Shown here: positions 10,449 to 21,964 of the stretch, one piece after another
How the letters are laid out: each line of letters starts with the position of its first letter
How positions within the stretch are numbered: position 1 is the stretch's first letter
Source of the DNA: an uncultured beta proteobacterium
Lineage (GTDB): Bacteria > Pseudomonadota > Gammaproteobacteria > Burkholderiales > Burkholderiaceae_F
Direction of reading: 5' to 3'
Length of the DNA stretch: 64,000 nt
Assembly (NCBI GenBank): GCA_963703945.1
Contig: CAVPGM010000045.1
Coordinates: 50,851-114,850 of the forward strand
Position numbers and translations under genes: made by a program
The notes under the pieces: generated by a model
Told to the model about the DNA's origin: nothing
Seen by the model: the letters and a program-made list of their open reading frames with translations, nothing else
Database searches by the model: none

Positions 10449-12221
10449 ATGATCCCGCAGAGCTTCATTCAGGATCTCCTGGCACGTGTCGACATCGTCG
10501 ACGTCGTTGGCCGAACCGTAGAACTCAAGAGGGGCGGCCAGAACTATCTCGGACTGTGTCCGTTTCACGGCGAAAAATCACCTTCGTTCACGGTCAGTCC
10601 TGCCAAACAGTTCTATCACTGCTTTGGCTGCGGAGCGCATGGCAGCGCGATCGGCTTCCTGATGGAACAGCGGGGTCTCGGCTATGTCGAAGCGATCCGC
10701 GAACTCGCCCAGCAGGTCGGGATGCAGGTTCCCATTCAGGAGCGATCGGGGGACTCCGGCCGCGTGCCGCTGTCCGACCTGCTCGCGCAGGCGGCGGACT
10801 TCTACCGAACGCAGCTCAAGGCGAGTCGAGTCGCCATCGATTACCTGAAATCGCGCGGGATCGCCGGTCACACCGCTGCCCGTTACGCACTCGGCTACTC
10901 GCCGGATGCCTGGCAACCGCTGCGCGGTGCGGTCGAGGACTATGACGATGCGCGCCTGGTCGAGGCTGGGCTGGTGATCGCCGACGAGGGCAAGCGTTAC
11001 GACCGCTTCCGCGGCCGCATCATGTTCCCGATTCGAAACGCGCGCGGACAGGTGATCGGATTCGGAGCCCGCGTCATCGGCAGTGGCGAACCGAAGTATC
11101 TGAATTCACCGGAGACGCCAGTCTTCCGCAAGGGCCAGGAACTGTACGGCATGCACGAGGCGCGCGACGCAATCCGGCAGGCTGGCCGCGCAGTGGTCTG
11201 TGAGGGCTACCTCGATGTCATCCAACTGGCGCAAGCGGGGTTTGGTGAAGCGGTCGCCGCGCTCGGCACGGCGGTGACAAGCGCGCACGTGACTGCGCTT
11301 TTTCGCGCCACTGATCATGTGGTCTTCGCTTTCGACGGCGACGCGGCCGGCCGCAAGGCCGCGCGGCGCGCGCTGGAAGCGACCTTGACCGTTCTGGCTG
11401 ACACCAAGCGCGCGAGCTTCATTCTGCTGCCCGAAGGCGAGGATCCCGACAGCCTGGTGCAGAAGGGAGGGGCGGCTGCATTCGAGTCCCAGCTTCAGCG
11501 CGCGCTGCCGCTTTCGCGCTTCTTCATCGATTCGCTGGCCCGCGATCGTTCACTCGCCTCCCCCGAGGACCGGGCCGCCATCGTCGCCGAAGCCAGGCCA
11601 CTGCTGTTGTCGATGCCGCCGGGTGCGCTGCGGCTGCAGCTTTTGCGTGAACTTTCCGATGCCGCACGTACTCCAGTGGAGGACCTGGAAGTGCTGTTCG
11701 GTCTAAAGCGAGCCCGAGCCGGCCGGCCGTCATCCATCGCCCGGCGAACGCCACACGCCGACGTCGACGACCTGAAGCGACGGATCCTCCAGCACCTTCT
11801 CGCGCATCCTCCGCTGGCGCGTGAGTTCGAGCAGGCTGTCGCCGAAGAGCATATCGGTCGGCCCGAGCGAATCGACTCGGAGATCAGCGAAGTCTGGCGC
11901 GCCGCTACGGCGCAGGTCACCGCGGCTGGCGTGGTGATGAGCCAGGGTGCGCTGCTCGAAGCGCTTCAGGAGAGCGAATACATCGACGATTTCCGCGCGC
12001 TGGCTGCACAGGAAATGGAGCTCGATACCGATGTCGAAACCTCACGCCAGATCCTGACCGAGGCGTTTCAGAAGCTTCGGCTGCGCCGGCTGGAACAGGA
12101 GCGGAGCGAGCGGCTGGCCGAGTTCGAGCGCGAGCAGTCGCCCGAGCGGCTGGACGCCTATCGTGAAGCGGACCGGGCCTACACGGCGGAGCGGGGACGA
12201 AAGTGCGAATCCCACCGTTAA
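10449..12221 (+). CDS. dnaG: DNA primase
   Basis: 590 aa. Zinc-finger motif CPFHGEKSPSFTVS...YHCFGCGAHG, followed by an RNA polymerase/TOPRIM core. Confidence 0.95.
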   Translation: MIPQSFIQDLLARVDIVDVVGRTVELKRGGQNYLGLCPFHGEKSPSFTVSPAKQFYHCFGCGAHGSAIGFLMEQRGLGYVEAIRELAQQVGMQVPIQERSGDSGRVPLSDLLAQAADFYRTQLKASRVAIDYLKSRGIAGHTAARYALGYSPDAWQPLRGAVEDYDDARLVEAGLVIADEGKRYDRFRGRIMFPIRNARGQVIGFGARVIGSGEPKYLNSPETPVFRKGQELYGMHEARDAIRQAGRAVVCEGYLDVIQLAQAGFGEAVAALGTAVTSAHVTALFRATDHVVFAFDGDAAGRKAARRALEATLTVLADTKRASFILLPEGEDPDSLVQKGGAAAFESQLQRALPLSRFFIDSLARDRSLASPEDRAAIVAEARPLLLSMPPGALRLQLLRELSDAARTPVEDLEVLFGLKRARAGRPSSIARRTPHADVDDLKRRILQHLLAHPPLAREFEQAVAEEHIGRPERIDSEISEVWRAATAQVTAAGVVMSQGALLEALQESEYIDDFRALAAQEMELDTDVETSRQILTEAFQKLRLRRLEQERSERLAEFEREQSPERLDAYREADRAYTAERGRKCESHR

Positions 12222-12615
12222 GCGACGGAAGGCTTGCAAAGACTGCCGAACTTTTTGCTAAAATATTGAATTTCCGACCTTTTGCGCCCATTTTCTGCAG
12301 GGCCAGTGTCGGAAGCGCCCAGGAGATCGCGAATAGATCGGTGGCGCGTAAAAGTACCGCATCAACCCGTGTGCAAACGCACTGATGGGCGCCCTGAACG
12401 GAAGCGCCCGGCCCTCGTGGCACGTCTGCACCGCACACACGGAGATGTGTATCGAGCTTTCGCTTTGCAGGCTATGCCGGGGGCGCCAGGCTCGATTGAG
12501 ATCGCGCAATTGAACCCAATGATGCTTTTGACGTCGCACGTTGATCGGCGTTGGACCGAACGTACGCGTCCAGTTTTCTGCCCCGGCAGTGGTCGGGGTC
12601 GATCGGAGTGAAACC

Positions 12616-14904
<2,289 letters not shown>

Positions 14905-14917
14905 CGCCGTGGGCCGC

Positions 14918-14993
14918 GGGCCGTTAGCTCAGTGGTTAGAGCAGAGGACTCATAATCCTTTGGTCGTTGGTTCAAATCCAACACGGCCCACCA
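14918..14993 (+). tRNA. ileX: tRNA-Ile (anticodon CAU, lysidine-type Ile2)
   Basis: Manual cloverleaf: GGGCCGT/ACGGCCC acceptor, anticodon loop CTCATAA, T-loop TTCAAAT, encoded CCA. The D-arm, variable region and T-arm resemble E. coli ileX rather than elongator or initiator Met. It lies just downstream of rpoD, as ileX does in E. coli. Confidence 0.85.
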
Positions 14994-15075
14994 TTGAACT
15001 GGCATCCTCGCCTGTCCTCTGCGCGCGGCTTGCGCGCCGAGGACTCGCTCGCCGCTCCCACTGGTCGCGGCTCGC

Positions 15076-15114
15076 TCCTTTGGTCGTTGGTTCAAATCCA
15101 ACACGGCCCACCAT
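15076..15114 (+). repeat. Exact 39-bp direct repeat of the 3' half of tRNA-Ile(CAU) (copy of 14956..14994)
   Basis: tcctttggtcgttggttcaaatccaacacggcccaccat occurs at 14956..14994 (inside the tRNA) and again at 15076..15114. No matching 5' acceptor half precedes the second copy. Confidence 0.95.
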
Positions 15115-15138
15115 CCGGCGCTGAGCCGGCCCGACGCC

Positions 15139-16536
15139 TTGTCCGACTACCACGACTTCGATCACTTCGGGCTCGACCCGCGCATCGTCGCTGCGGTGAA
15201 AGCCATGGGGTACACGACCCCGACGCCGATCCAGTCGAAAGCAATCCCGTTGGTCATGCAGGGTCGAGACGTAATGGGTGCGGCACAGACCGGCACTGGC
15301 AAGACGGCGGGATTCGCGCTGCCGATCATCCAGCGCCTGCTGCCGCAGGCGAGCGCCAGCATGTCGCCGGCACGGCATCCGGTGCGTGCGCTCGTGCTGA
15401 CGCCGACTCGCGAACTCGCGGACCAGGTAGCCGAAAACGTCAAGCTCTACATCGCCGGGACGCCGCTGCGTTGCGCCGTCGTCTATGGCGGCGTCGACAT
15501 GGATCCACAGACCCAGGCCCTGCGTGCCGGCGTCGAGATTGTCGTGGCCACGCCAGGTCGCCTGCTCGATCACCTGCAGAGCAAGAACACCTCGCTCGGC
15601 CAGGTGCAAATCGTCGTGCTCGACGAAGCTGATCGCATGCTCGACATGGGATTTCTCCCCGACATCTCGCGCATCCTCAACCATTTGCCCAGGCAACGAC
15701 AAAGCCTGATGTTCTCGGCGACGTTTTCCGAGGAGATCAAGAAGCTGGCGGCCAACTTCCTGAACGACCCCGTGCTGGTCGAAGTCGCACGTCGCAACGC
15801 GACTGCCGAAAACGTCACCCAGGAGGTCGTGCGACTGCACGAGTCGGAGAAGACCGATGTGCTGCTCGAACTGTTGCGCACGCGCGGCGAAAATGGCGGC
15901 CGGCTGACGCAGGTACTGGTGTTCGTCAACTCCAAGATCGAATGCCGACGGCTGGCGCGCCAGCTGCAGAAGGCAGGCGTCAACGCCGATGCCATTCACG
16001 GCGACAAGACGCAGGACGAGCGGATGAAGGCGCTCGAGGGTTTCAAAACGGGGCTGATCGAGGTGCTGGTCGCGACCGATGTCGCAGCCCGCGGACTCGA
16101 CATCGTCGAGCTTCCGGTCGTCATCAACTACGACGTGCCGTTTGCTCCTGAAGACTACGTGCACCGCATCGGCAGGACCGGTCGCGCCGGAGCCGCGGGC
16201 CTGGCGATCATGCTGATGTCCGGCGCCGACGAGCGCAACGTCGGTGCCATAGAGCGCATGACCAAGCAGAAGTTTGAACAGGTTACGGTGTCAGCGCAGC
16301 GGCCCGAGCGCAGCAGCGGACGCGGCCGCGATCGTAGCGAGCGGGACGACCGCGCGCGTCGGCGCAACGACGCGCCTCCCTCGCGCGCGGCCAGCAAGCC
16401 CGATGACTTCTTCAGCCGACCGTACGAGGCCGGTTCGATCCCACCGGCCGTGACGCCTGCGGCCGAACCGCCGGTGCCGGGAATCGTCCGTACGCCGGGT
16501 CGCGTGGCCGCGCTGCTGGGAGGTCGCAAGAAGTAG
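15139..16536 (+). CDS. rhlE: ATP-dependent DEAD-box RNA helicase (RhlE-like) with an Arg-rich C-terminal tail
   Basis: 465 aa. Motifs AQTGTGKT, DEAD, SAT and HRIGRTGRAG. The apparent start is TTG at 15139, 25 nt after the tRNA-derived repeat. Confidence 0.9.
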   Translation: MSDYHDFDHFGLDPRIVAAVKAMGYTTPTPIQSKAIPLVMQGRDVMGAAQTGTGKTAGFALPIIQRLLPQASASMSPARHPVRALVLTPTRELADQVAENVKLYIAGTPLRCAVVYGGVDMDPQTQALRAGVEIVVATPGRLLDHLQSKNTSLGQVQIVVLDEADRMLDMGFLPDISRILNHLPRQRQSLMFSATFSEEIKKLAANFLNDPVLVEVARRNATAENVTQEVVRLHESEKTDVLLELLRTRGENGGRLTQVLVFVNSKIECRRLARQLQKAGVNADAIHGDKTQDERMKALEGFKTGLIEVLVATDVAARGLDIVELPVVINYDVPFAPEDYVHRIGRTGRAGAAGLAIMLMSGADERNVGAIERMTKQKFEQVTVSAQRPERSSGRGRDRSERDDRARRRNDAPPSRAASKPDDFFSRPYEAGSIPPAVTPAAEPPVPGIVRTPGRVAALLGGRKK

Positions 16537-16560
16537 CGGCAGCGGCACGGCGGCCGGATT

Positions 16561-17673
16561 TCACTGGGTGCCCGCCGGTACGGCAGCAGACGCAGGAAAC
16601 GTGATCACATGGTCGGCATCCAGCCGGATGCCGATGCGCTCGCCGATCGCGTGATCATGGTGGCTCGGCACCAGGGCCAGGACCTGTCGACCGCTGTCGA
16701 GCTTCAGCGTGTAGATGAAGTCCCCGCCGCGGAACACCTTGCGCAGCACCTCCGCCTTCAGCGGACTGGCATCGTCGTGCACCACATCGTCGGGCCGCAG
16801 CAGAACGTCCACGTGACAACCCTTGCCGCACGTGGCGCATCCCTGCTGGCAGGGCAGTGGGATTTCTCCCCGCAGCTCGCCGAGTTCTATGGCGACATTG
16901 TTCGGCGACAGCACCTCGGCGGGGACAAACACACCTTGCCCGATGAAATCCGCTACATAGCGGGTGGCGGGTCGGTGATAGAGCTCGTAGGGCCGATCCC
17001 ACTGTTCCAGCCGGCCGTCGTTCATCACGCCGACCCGATCCGCCATGGCAAAGGCCTCCTGCTGGTCGTGCGTCACCAAAATGGCGGTCGTGCCGCTGGC
17101 CTTGAGGATCTGGCGCACCTCCTGTCCGAGCCGCTGGCGCAGCTCGACGTCTAGGCTGGAGAACGGTTCGTCCATCAGCAACAAGGCGGGGCGGGGCGCC
17201 AACGCGCGTGCGAGTGCGACTCGCTGCTGCTGCCCGCCGGACAGCTCGTGAGGATAGCGACGCGCCAGAGCATCCAGACCAACCAGATCGAGCATTTCCC
17301 GGAGCCTGGTCGACCGCGACTGAGCGCCCAGGCCGCGCAGTCCGAACGCGATGTTGTCCTCGACCTTCAGGTGGGGAAACAGCGCATAGTCCTGGAACAC
17401 GAGGCCGACGCCGCGTCGCTCGGGGGGTGACGTGAAATGCGGGCCCGACACCACCAGGCCGTCGATTTCGATGGTGCCGGCGGTGACCGGCAGAAAACCT
17501 GCAATGGCGCGCAGCAAGGTCGTCTTGCCGCAACCGGAACTGCCTACCAGGCAACCGATTTCGCCCCGTCGCAAGCTGAGCGACAGCGCGTCGAGTACCA
17601 GTCCGCCTCCCCGGTAGGCAACGGCGAGGTCATCGATGACAAGAAGGGCGGGGGCCTCAGGCTGGGCGTCCAT
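16561..17673 (-). CDS. ABC transporter ATP-binding protein (Fe3+/polyamine importer type, FbpC/PotA-like)
   Basis: ORF 16561..17694. Walker A GSSGCGKTT, signature LSGGQQQRVALARAL, Walker B LLMDEPFSSLD, and a C-terminal TOBE-like domain. ATG 17673 is preferred over TTG 17694. Confidence 0.9.
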   Translation of the reverse strand: MDAQPEAPALLVIDDLAVAYRGGGLVLDALSLSLRRGEIGCLVGSSGCGKTTLLRAIAGFLPVTAGTIEIDGLVVSGPHFTSPPERRGVGLVFQDYALFPHLKVEDNIAFGLRGLGAQSRSTRLREMLDLVGLDALARRYPHELSGGQQQRVALARALAPRPALLLMDEPFSSLDVELRQRLGQEVRQILKASGTTAILVTHDQQEAFAMADRVGVMNDGRLEQWDRPYELYHRPATRYVADFIGQGVFVPAEVLSPNNVAIELGELRGEIPLPCQQGCATCGKGCHVDVLLRPDDVVHDDASPLKAEVLRKVFRGGDFIYTLKLDSGRQVLALVPSHHDHAIGERIGIRLDADHVITFPASAAVPAGTQ

Positions 17674-17692
17674 GCGAACGGCAGTGTACTTC

Positions 17693-17713
17693 AAATGCGG
17701 TTAGTTCTCATTT
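17693..17713. promoter_or_regulatory. Possible Fur-box half-site in the divergent ABC ATPase/permease promoter region
   Basis: The minus strand reads AAATGAGAACTAACCGCATTT. It shares the 10-mer AAATGAGAAC with the stronger palindrome at 39758..39776. Only about 9 of 19 positions match the E. coli Fur consensus by hand alignment. Confidence 0.3.
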
Positions 17714-17732
17714 AGATTTAGACTCCACGATC

Positions 17733-19478
17733 ATGCGAGGGGAATTGGCTGAAGGCGCCGGCCCGAAGGCGGCGATGTCGCGAAGTGCTGACCAACTTCG
17801 GCGCCTTTGGCCGCGCATCGGCGCCGGCGGGCTCGGTCGACCACTGTTGCTGACGCTGATCTGCGCCGGGCTGGTGGGCTTGCCGGTACTGAGCGTGTTC
17901 GCCAGCTTCACGGACGCGCCGGCCTCCGCCGACACGCTGCGCCACCTGGCAGCGACTGTCATCCCGGCCGCCGTGGCCGAGACCGCTACGCTGGCGATCG
18001 GTGTCGTCATCGGTGTTGTGGTGCTCGGTGCCAGTACTGGATGGCTCACCGCCGGCTGTGATTTTCCCGCGCGTCGGATGTTCGAGTGGGCGCTGCTGCT
18101 GCCGCTGGCGATGCCTGCCTACATCGTGGCGTACGCCTACACCGACGCTCTACAGTTTGCCGGGCCTGTGCAGACCAGTCTGCGTGAGATGTTCCAGTGG
18201 AGACGCGGTGATTACTGGTTTCCCGAGATCCGATCGCTGGCCGGCGGAGTTTTCGTATTTGCCGTGGTGCTCTTCCCGTACGTCTATCTGCTGGCGCGCA
18301 CCGCATTCATGGCCCGCACCGCTGCGATGCTGGATGCGGCGCGCAGCCTGGGGCTGACACCTTGGCAGACCTGGTGGCGAGTCAACTTACCGCTCGCCCG
18401 TCCGGCCATCGCTGCCGGTGCCCTGCTCGCGCTGATGGAGACGATTGCGGACTACGGCGCCTCCGTCTACTTCGGCCTTCAGACCTTCACCACGGCGATC
18501 TACCGCGCGTGGTTTTCGCTTGGCGATCGCATGGCGGCGAGCCAGCTGGCGGCGGTGCTGCTGGTGATGGTGCTGGGGCTGCTTGCGCTCGAGCGACGCG
18601 CGCGCGGACGCGCGCGCTACTTCGCTCCGACTGCGAGTCAGAGGCCTGCGCCGCGCGCATTGCTGCGCGGATGGCAGGCCGCCGGCGCAGTGGCTGCCTG
18701 CGCGGTCCCGGTGGTGCTCGGATTTCTTTTGCCGGTGCTGCTGCTGTTACGGCTGCTGATACCGGCGTGGACCGGCGTCGACTGGACGCACTACGGACAG
18801 TGGTTGCTGAATACGCTCACCGTGGCATCGGGTGGCGCCGCGGTGGTGCTGGTTGCCGTGCTCGGACTTGCGTATTCCGCACGAGCCGCAGAGCGCGGAC
18901 TGCCGAGAATCCTGGTGCGGACCTCGGTCCAGTTGATGGGCCTGGGCTATGCACTGCCCGGCGCGGTGATCGCGGTGGGCATCCTGGTGCCGCTGGCGTC
19001 GTTCGACAACGCGCTCGATGCCTTGCTGAAGTCCGCCGTGGGCTGGGGCACGGGTCTTTTGCTCACCGGTAGCGTGTTCGCACTGCTCTACGGCTACCTG
19101 GTACGGTACTTCGCCGTCGCCTACCAGTCTGTCGAAGCCGGACTGACCCGCATCACACCGGCGATGGATGCCAGCGCACGCAGCCTCGGCAGTCCGCCTC
19201 TCGACACATTCGCGCGTGTCCACCTGCCGATCCTTGCGCCGTCGATACTGGCGGCGGTGTTACTGGTGTTCGTGGACGCGATGAAGGAACTGCCGGCCAC
19301 ACTGGTGCTGCGGCCGTTCAATTTCGACACGTTGGCGGTCGCGGCCTATCAGATGGCCAGCGATGAACGGCTCGCCGATGCTGCGTTGCCGGCGCTGACC
19401 ATCGTGGTCGCCGGTGTCATCCCGGTCGCGCTGCTGTCGCGCGCGATCGCCCGCGCCTCGGGACCCGGACACGCGTAG
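17733..19478 (+). CDS. Iron(III)-type ABC transporter permease (fused double transmembrane domain, FbpB-like)
   Basis: 581 aa, about 12 predicted TM helices, two tandem binding-protein-dependent permease halves. The start could be 17733 or 17775. Confidence 0.85.
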   Translation: MRGELAEGAGPKAAMSRSADQLRRLWPRIGAGGLGRPLLLTLICAGLVGLPVLSVFASFTDAPASADTLRHLAATVIPAAVAETATLAIGVVIGVVVLGASTGWLTAGCDFPARRMFEWALLLPLAMPAYIVAYAYTDALQFAGPVQTSLREMFQWRRGDYWFPEIRSLAGGVFVFAVVLFPYVYLLARTAFMARTAAMLDAARSLGLTPWQTWWRVNLPLARPAIAAGALLALMETIADYGASVYFGLQTFTTAIYRAWFSLGDRMAASQLAAVLLVMVLGLLALERRARGRARYFAPTASQRPAPRALLRGWQAAGAVAACAVPVVLGFLLPVLLLLRLLIPAWTGVDWTHYGQWLLNTLTVASGGAAVVLVAVLGLAYSARAAERGLPRILVRTSVQLMGLGYALPGAVIAVGILVPLASFDNALDALLKSAVGWGTGLLLTGSVFALLYGYLVRYFAVAYQSVEAGLTRITPAMDASARSLGSPPLDTFARVHLPILAPSILAAVLLVFVDAMKELPATLVLRPFNFDTLAVAAYQMASDERLADAALPALTIVVAGVIPVALLSRAIARASGPGHA

Positions 19479-19514
19479 TACGCTTGCGGCCCCCCTTTGC
19501 TGCCGGACGTTGAA

Positions 19515-20210
19515 ATGGGCTATGTGATTGCCGCTGCTGGCCAGGCGGTCGTTCCGATCGACGGGTCGACCGAGCTTTTTCCGGTGCACCGGATCTACTG
19601 CGTCGGACGCAACTACGCGGACCACGCGAAGGAGATGGGGTTCTCCGAACGGGAGGCGCCATTTTTCTTCATGAAGCCCGCCGATGCCGTGCTGCCGGTG
19701 CCGGCCGGCACGGTCGGCGAAATGCCGTACCCGGGCGAGACCACCAATTTGCATCACGAAATCGAACTGGTGGTTGCGATCGGCCGTGCGGGACGCGAGA
19801 TCGCGCAGTCCCGCGCGAGCTCGCACATCTGGGGCTACGCGGTCGGGCTGGACATGACCCGGCGCGACCTGCAGTTCGCGCTGCGCGACAAGGGACGTCC
19901 GTGGGACGTGGCCAAGGGGTTCGACTCCTCCGCCCCGGTTTCTCCATTGAAGCCGATCGCCGCCACCGGAGAGGTCGCTTCGGGGGCAATCTGGCTCGAG
20001 GTCAATGGCCAGAAGCGGCAGGCGAGCGACGTGTCCAAGCTCATTTGGAACGTCAATGAGACGATCGAGCACCTCTCGCGTTACTACAGCCTGCAGCCGG
20101 GCGACCTGATCTTCACCGGCACACCCGAAGGCGTCGGGGCAGTCCAGCGCGGCGACCTGATGACAGGTGGCATCGCCGGCGTCGGTGGACTGCAGGTTCG
20201 CGTCGTCTAG
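19515..20210 (+). CDS. Fumarylacetoacetate hydrolase (FAH) family protein
   Basis: ORF 19497..20210. Motifs ...IYCVGRNYADHAKEMG... and ...HHEIELVVAIG.... It lies next to maleylacetoacetate isomerase. Confidence 0.85.
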   Translation: MGYVIAAAGQAVVPIDGSTELFPVHRIYCVGRNYADHAKEMGFSEREAPFFFMKPADAVLPVPAGTVGEMPYPGETTNLHHEIELVVAIGRAGREIAQSRASSHIWGYAVGLDMTRRDLQFALRDKGRPWDVAKGFDSSAPVSPLKPIAATGEVASGAIWLEVNGQKRQASDVSKLIWNVNETIEHLSRYYSLQPGDLIFTGTPEGVGAVQRGDLMTGGIAGVGGLQVRVV

Positions 20211-20287
20211 CCGGGCTGACGAGAATTTGCCGGGTGCCGGCGCTGACGCTGTGGCTGATTCAGCTTGTGCGCCAAAAGGTGACCTCG

Positions 20288-20932
20288 ATGAAGCTCTACA
20301 ACTACTTCCGCAGTTCGGCGTCGTTCCGCGTGCGCATCGCCCTGAATCTCAAGGGCCTCGCCTATGGCTACATTCCGGTCCACCTTACGCGGGCGGGCGG
20401 CCAGCAGTTCGCGCCGGCGTTCCGCGCGCTGAACCCGGATGCGCTGATCCCCGTGCTCGACGACGATGGCGCAATCGTCACGCAATCGCTCGCGATACTC
20501 GAGTACCTCGACGAGACACATCCCGAGCCGCCGCTGCTGCCGGGAAATGCGCTGGAGCGCGCCTATGTCAGGTCGTTTGCACTGACGATCGCCTGCGAAA
20601 TTCATCCACTCAACAACCTGCGCGTGCTGCGCTATCTCGTGCACCAGCTGCACGCGAGCGAGGACGCCAAGAACGCCTGGTACCGCCATTGGGTGGAGCA
20701 GGGGCTGGCGGCACTCGAAACCCGCGTCGTCGCGGAAGGACGATCAGGTCGCCACGTGCTGGGGGATCGTGCCACGCTGGCGGACGTCGTACTGGCCCCG
20801 CAGATCTTCAACGCGCAGCGCTTCGATTGCCGTCTCCATCACGTACCGACGCTGATGCGCATCTTCGATCACTGCATGGAGCTTCCGGCGTTTGTCGCGG
20901 CACAGCCGACACGACAGCCGGATGCCGAGTAG
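20288..20932 (+). CDS. maiA: Maleylacetoacetate isomerase (GST zeta class)
   Basis: The conserved protein starts MKLYNYFRSSASFRVRIALNLKGL within ORF 20234..20932. Confidence 0.85.
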   Translation: MKLYNYFRSSASFRVRIALNLKGLAYGYIPVHLTRAGGQQFAPAFRALNPDALIPVLDDDGAIVTQSLAILEYLDETHPEPPLLPGNALERAYVRSFALTIACEIHPLNNLRVLRYLVHQLHASEDAKNAWYRHWVEQGLAALETRVVAEGRSGRHVLGDRATLADVVLAPQIFNAQRFDCRLHHVPTLMRIFDHCMELPAFVAAQPTRQPDAE

Positions 20933-20950
20933 CAGAGCGGGGCGAGCACT

Positions 20951-21964
20951 TCAGGAACCTGCCGCGAATTGCTCTCGCAACGCGTTCGCGTAGTCGCTGA
21001 CTGCGGCGGCGTAGAAGTAGCTGCGGTTGTAGTGCAGGATCGCGCTGAAGTTGACCGTGCCGACGCGGTACTGGCGGTCCGAGTGTCCATCGGAGTCCAC
21101 GATCGGGAGATCGATCACCAGTACCGGAGTGTCGAGCGTGAGCGGCAGGTCGGCCACGACACCTTCGGCCATGGCGGACCACCACGGCGTGCCGGCAACG
21201 ATGCCGCGGCCGAGCGCGTCAACGGTCGCTTCGTCCGCCTGCGCGGGAAACTCGACCTGCAGGTCGCGCTGCCAGCCATGGGCCTGTAAAAAATTTGCAA
21301 CCGAGCCGATGGCGTCAACCGGACTCGCGAGCAGATCGATGCGGCCGTCGCCGTCAAAGTCGACACCCCAGCGCCGCACGGAGCCGGGCATGAACTGCGG
21401 CAGCCCGATGGCTCCGGCAAATGATCCCCGGTAGGTGAGCGGGTCGCGCTTCTGGTCGCGCGCCAGCAGCAGGAATTCCACGAACTCGGTGCGGTAGAAG
21501 TCGGCGCGCCGCAAGTAGTCGAACGACAGCGTCGTCAGCACATCCAGCGTGCGGAAATCGCCCGTCGTTCTGCCGAAATAGCTCTCGACGCCGATGATCG
21601 CGACAATGATGGCCGCCGGTACGCCGAATTGCTGCTCCGCGCGCGCGAGCGCGGCCCGGTGCGCCTGCCAGAACACGATCCCGGCCCGAATGCGCGGCTC
21701 ATCGAGATACCGCTTTCGATAGTCGAGCCAGTTGCGCTGACCGAACGGGATCGGCGGCTGCATCAACCGCTCGACCGTCGCCGAATAGCGCGCCTCTTTT
21801 ATCCAGCGCTCGAGCAGCACCCGATCGAAGCCGTGGGCGGTGACCAGGCCGTCGATGAACTGCTGGACGTCGTCGCGCGCCAGATGCTCGTTGCTCGCCC
21901 GTGCGTGCGCGCCGGCCGCGAGCGCCAGCATCGAGAAGACGAACGACCTGCGATGCCGGTTCAC
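20951..21964 (-). CDS. mltB: Lytic murein transglycosylase B family protein
   Basis: 337 aa. Signal peptide, then motifs ...GVESYFG..., ...GAIGLPQFMPGS... and ...DFDGDGRIDL.... The start overlaps the upstream tgpA-like stop (ATGA). Confidence 0.88.
   Translation of the reverse strand: MNRHRRSFVFSMLALAAGAHARASNEHLARDDVQQFIDGLVTAHGFDRVLLERWIKEARYSATVERLMQPPIPFGQRNWLDYRKRYLDEPRIRAGIVFWQAHRAALARAEQQFGVPAAIIVAIIGVESYFGRTTGDFRTLDVLTTLSFDYLRRADFYRTEFVEFLLLARDQKRDPLTYRGSFAGAIGLPQFMPGSVRRWGVDFDGDGRIDLLASPVDAIGSVANFLQAHGWQRDLQVEFPAQADEATVDALGRGIVAGTPWWSAMAEGVVADLPLTLDTPVLVIDLPIVDSDGHSDRQYRVGTVNFSAILHYNRSYFYAAAVSDYANALREQFAAGS

Noticed and set aside
12234-12264. Possible rpoD promoter TTGCAA ... TGcTAAAAT in the dnaG-rpoD intergenic region
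   Set aside because: The spacer between the hexamers is 19 nt, outside the usual 16-18. The extended -10 (TGcTAAAAT) might work alone, but I cannot support a call without transcript data.
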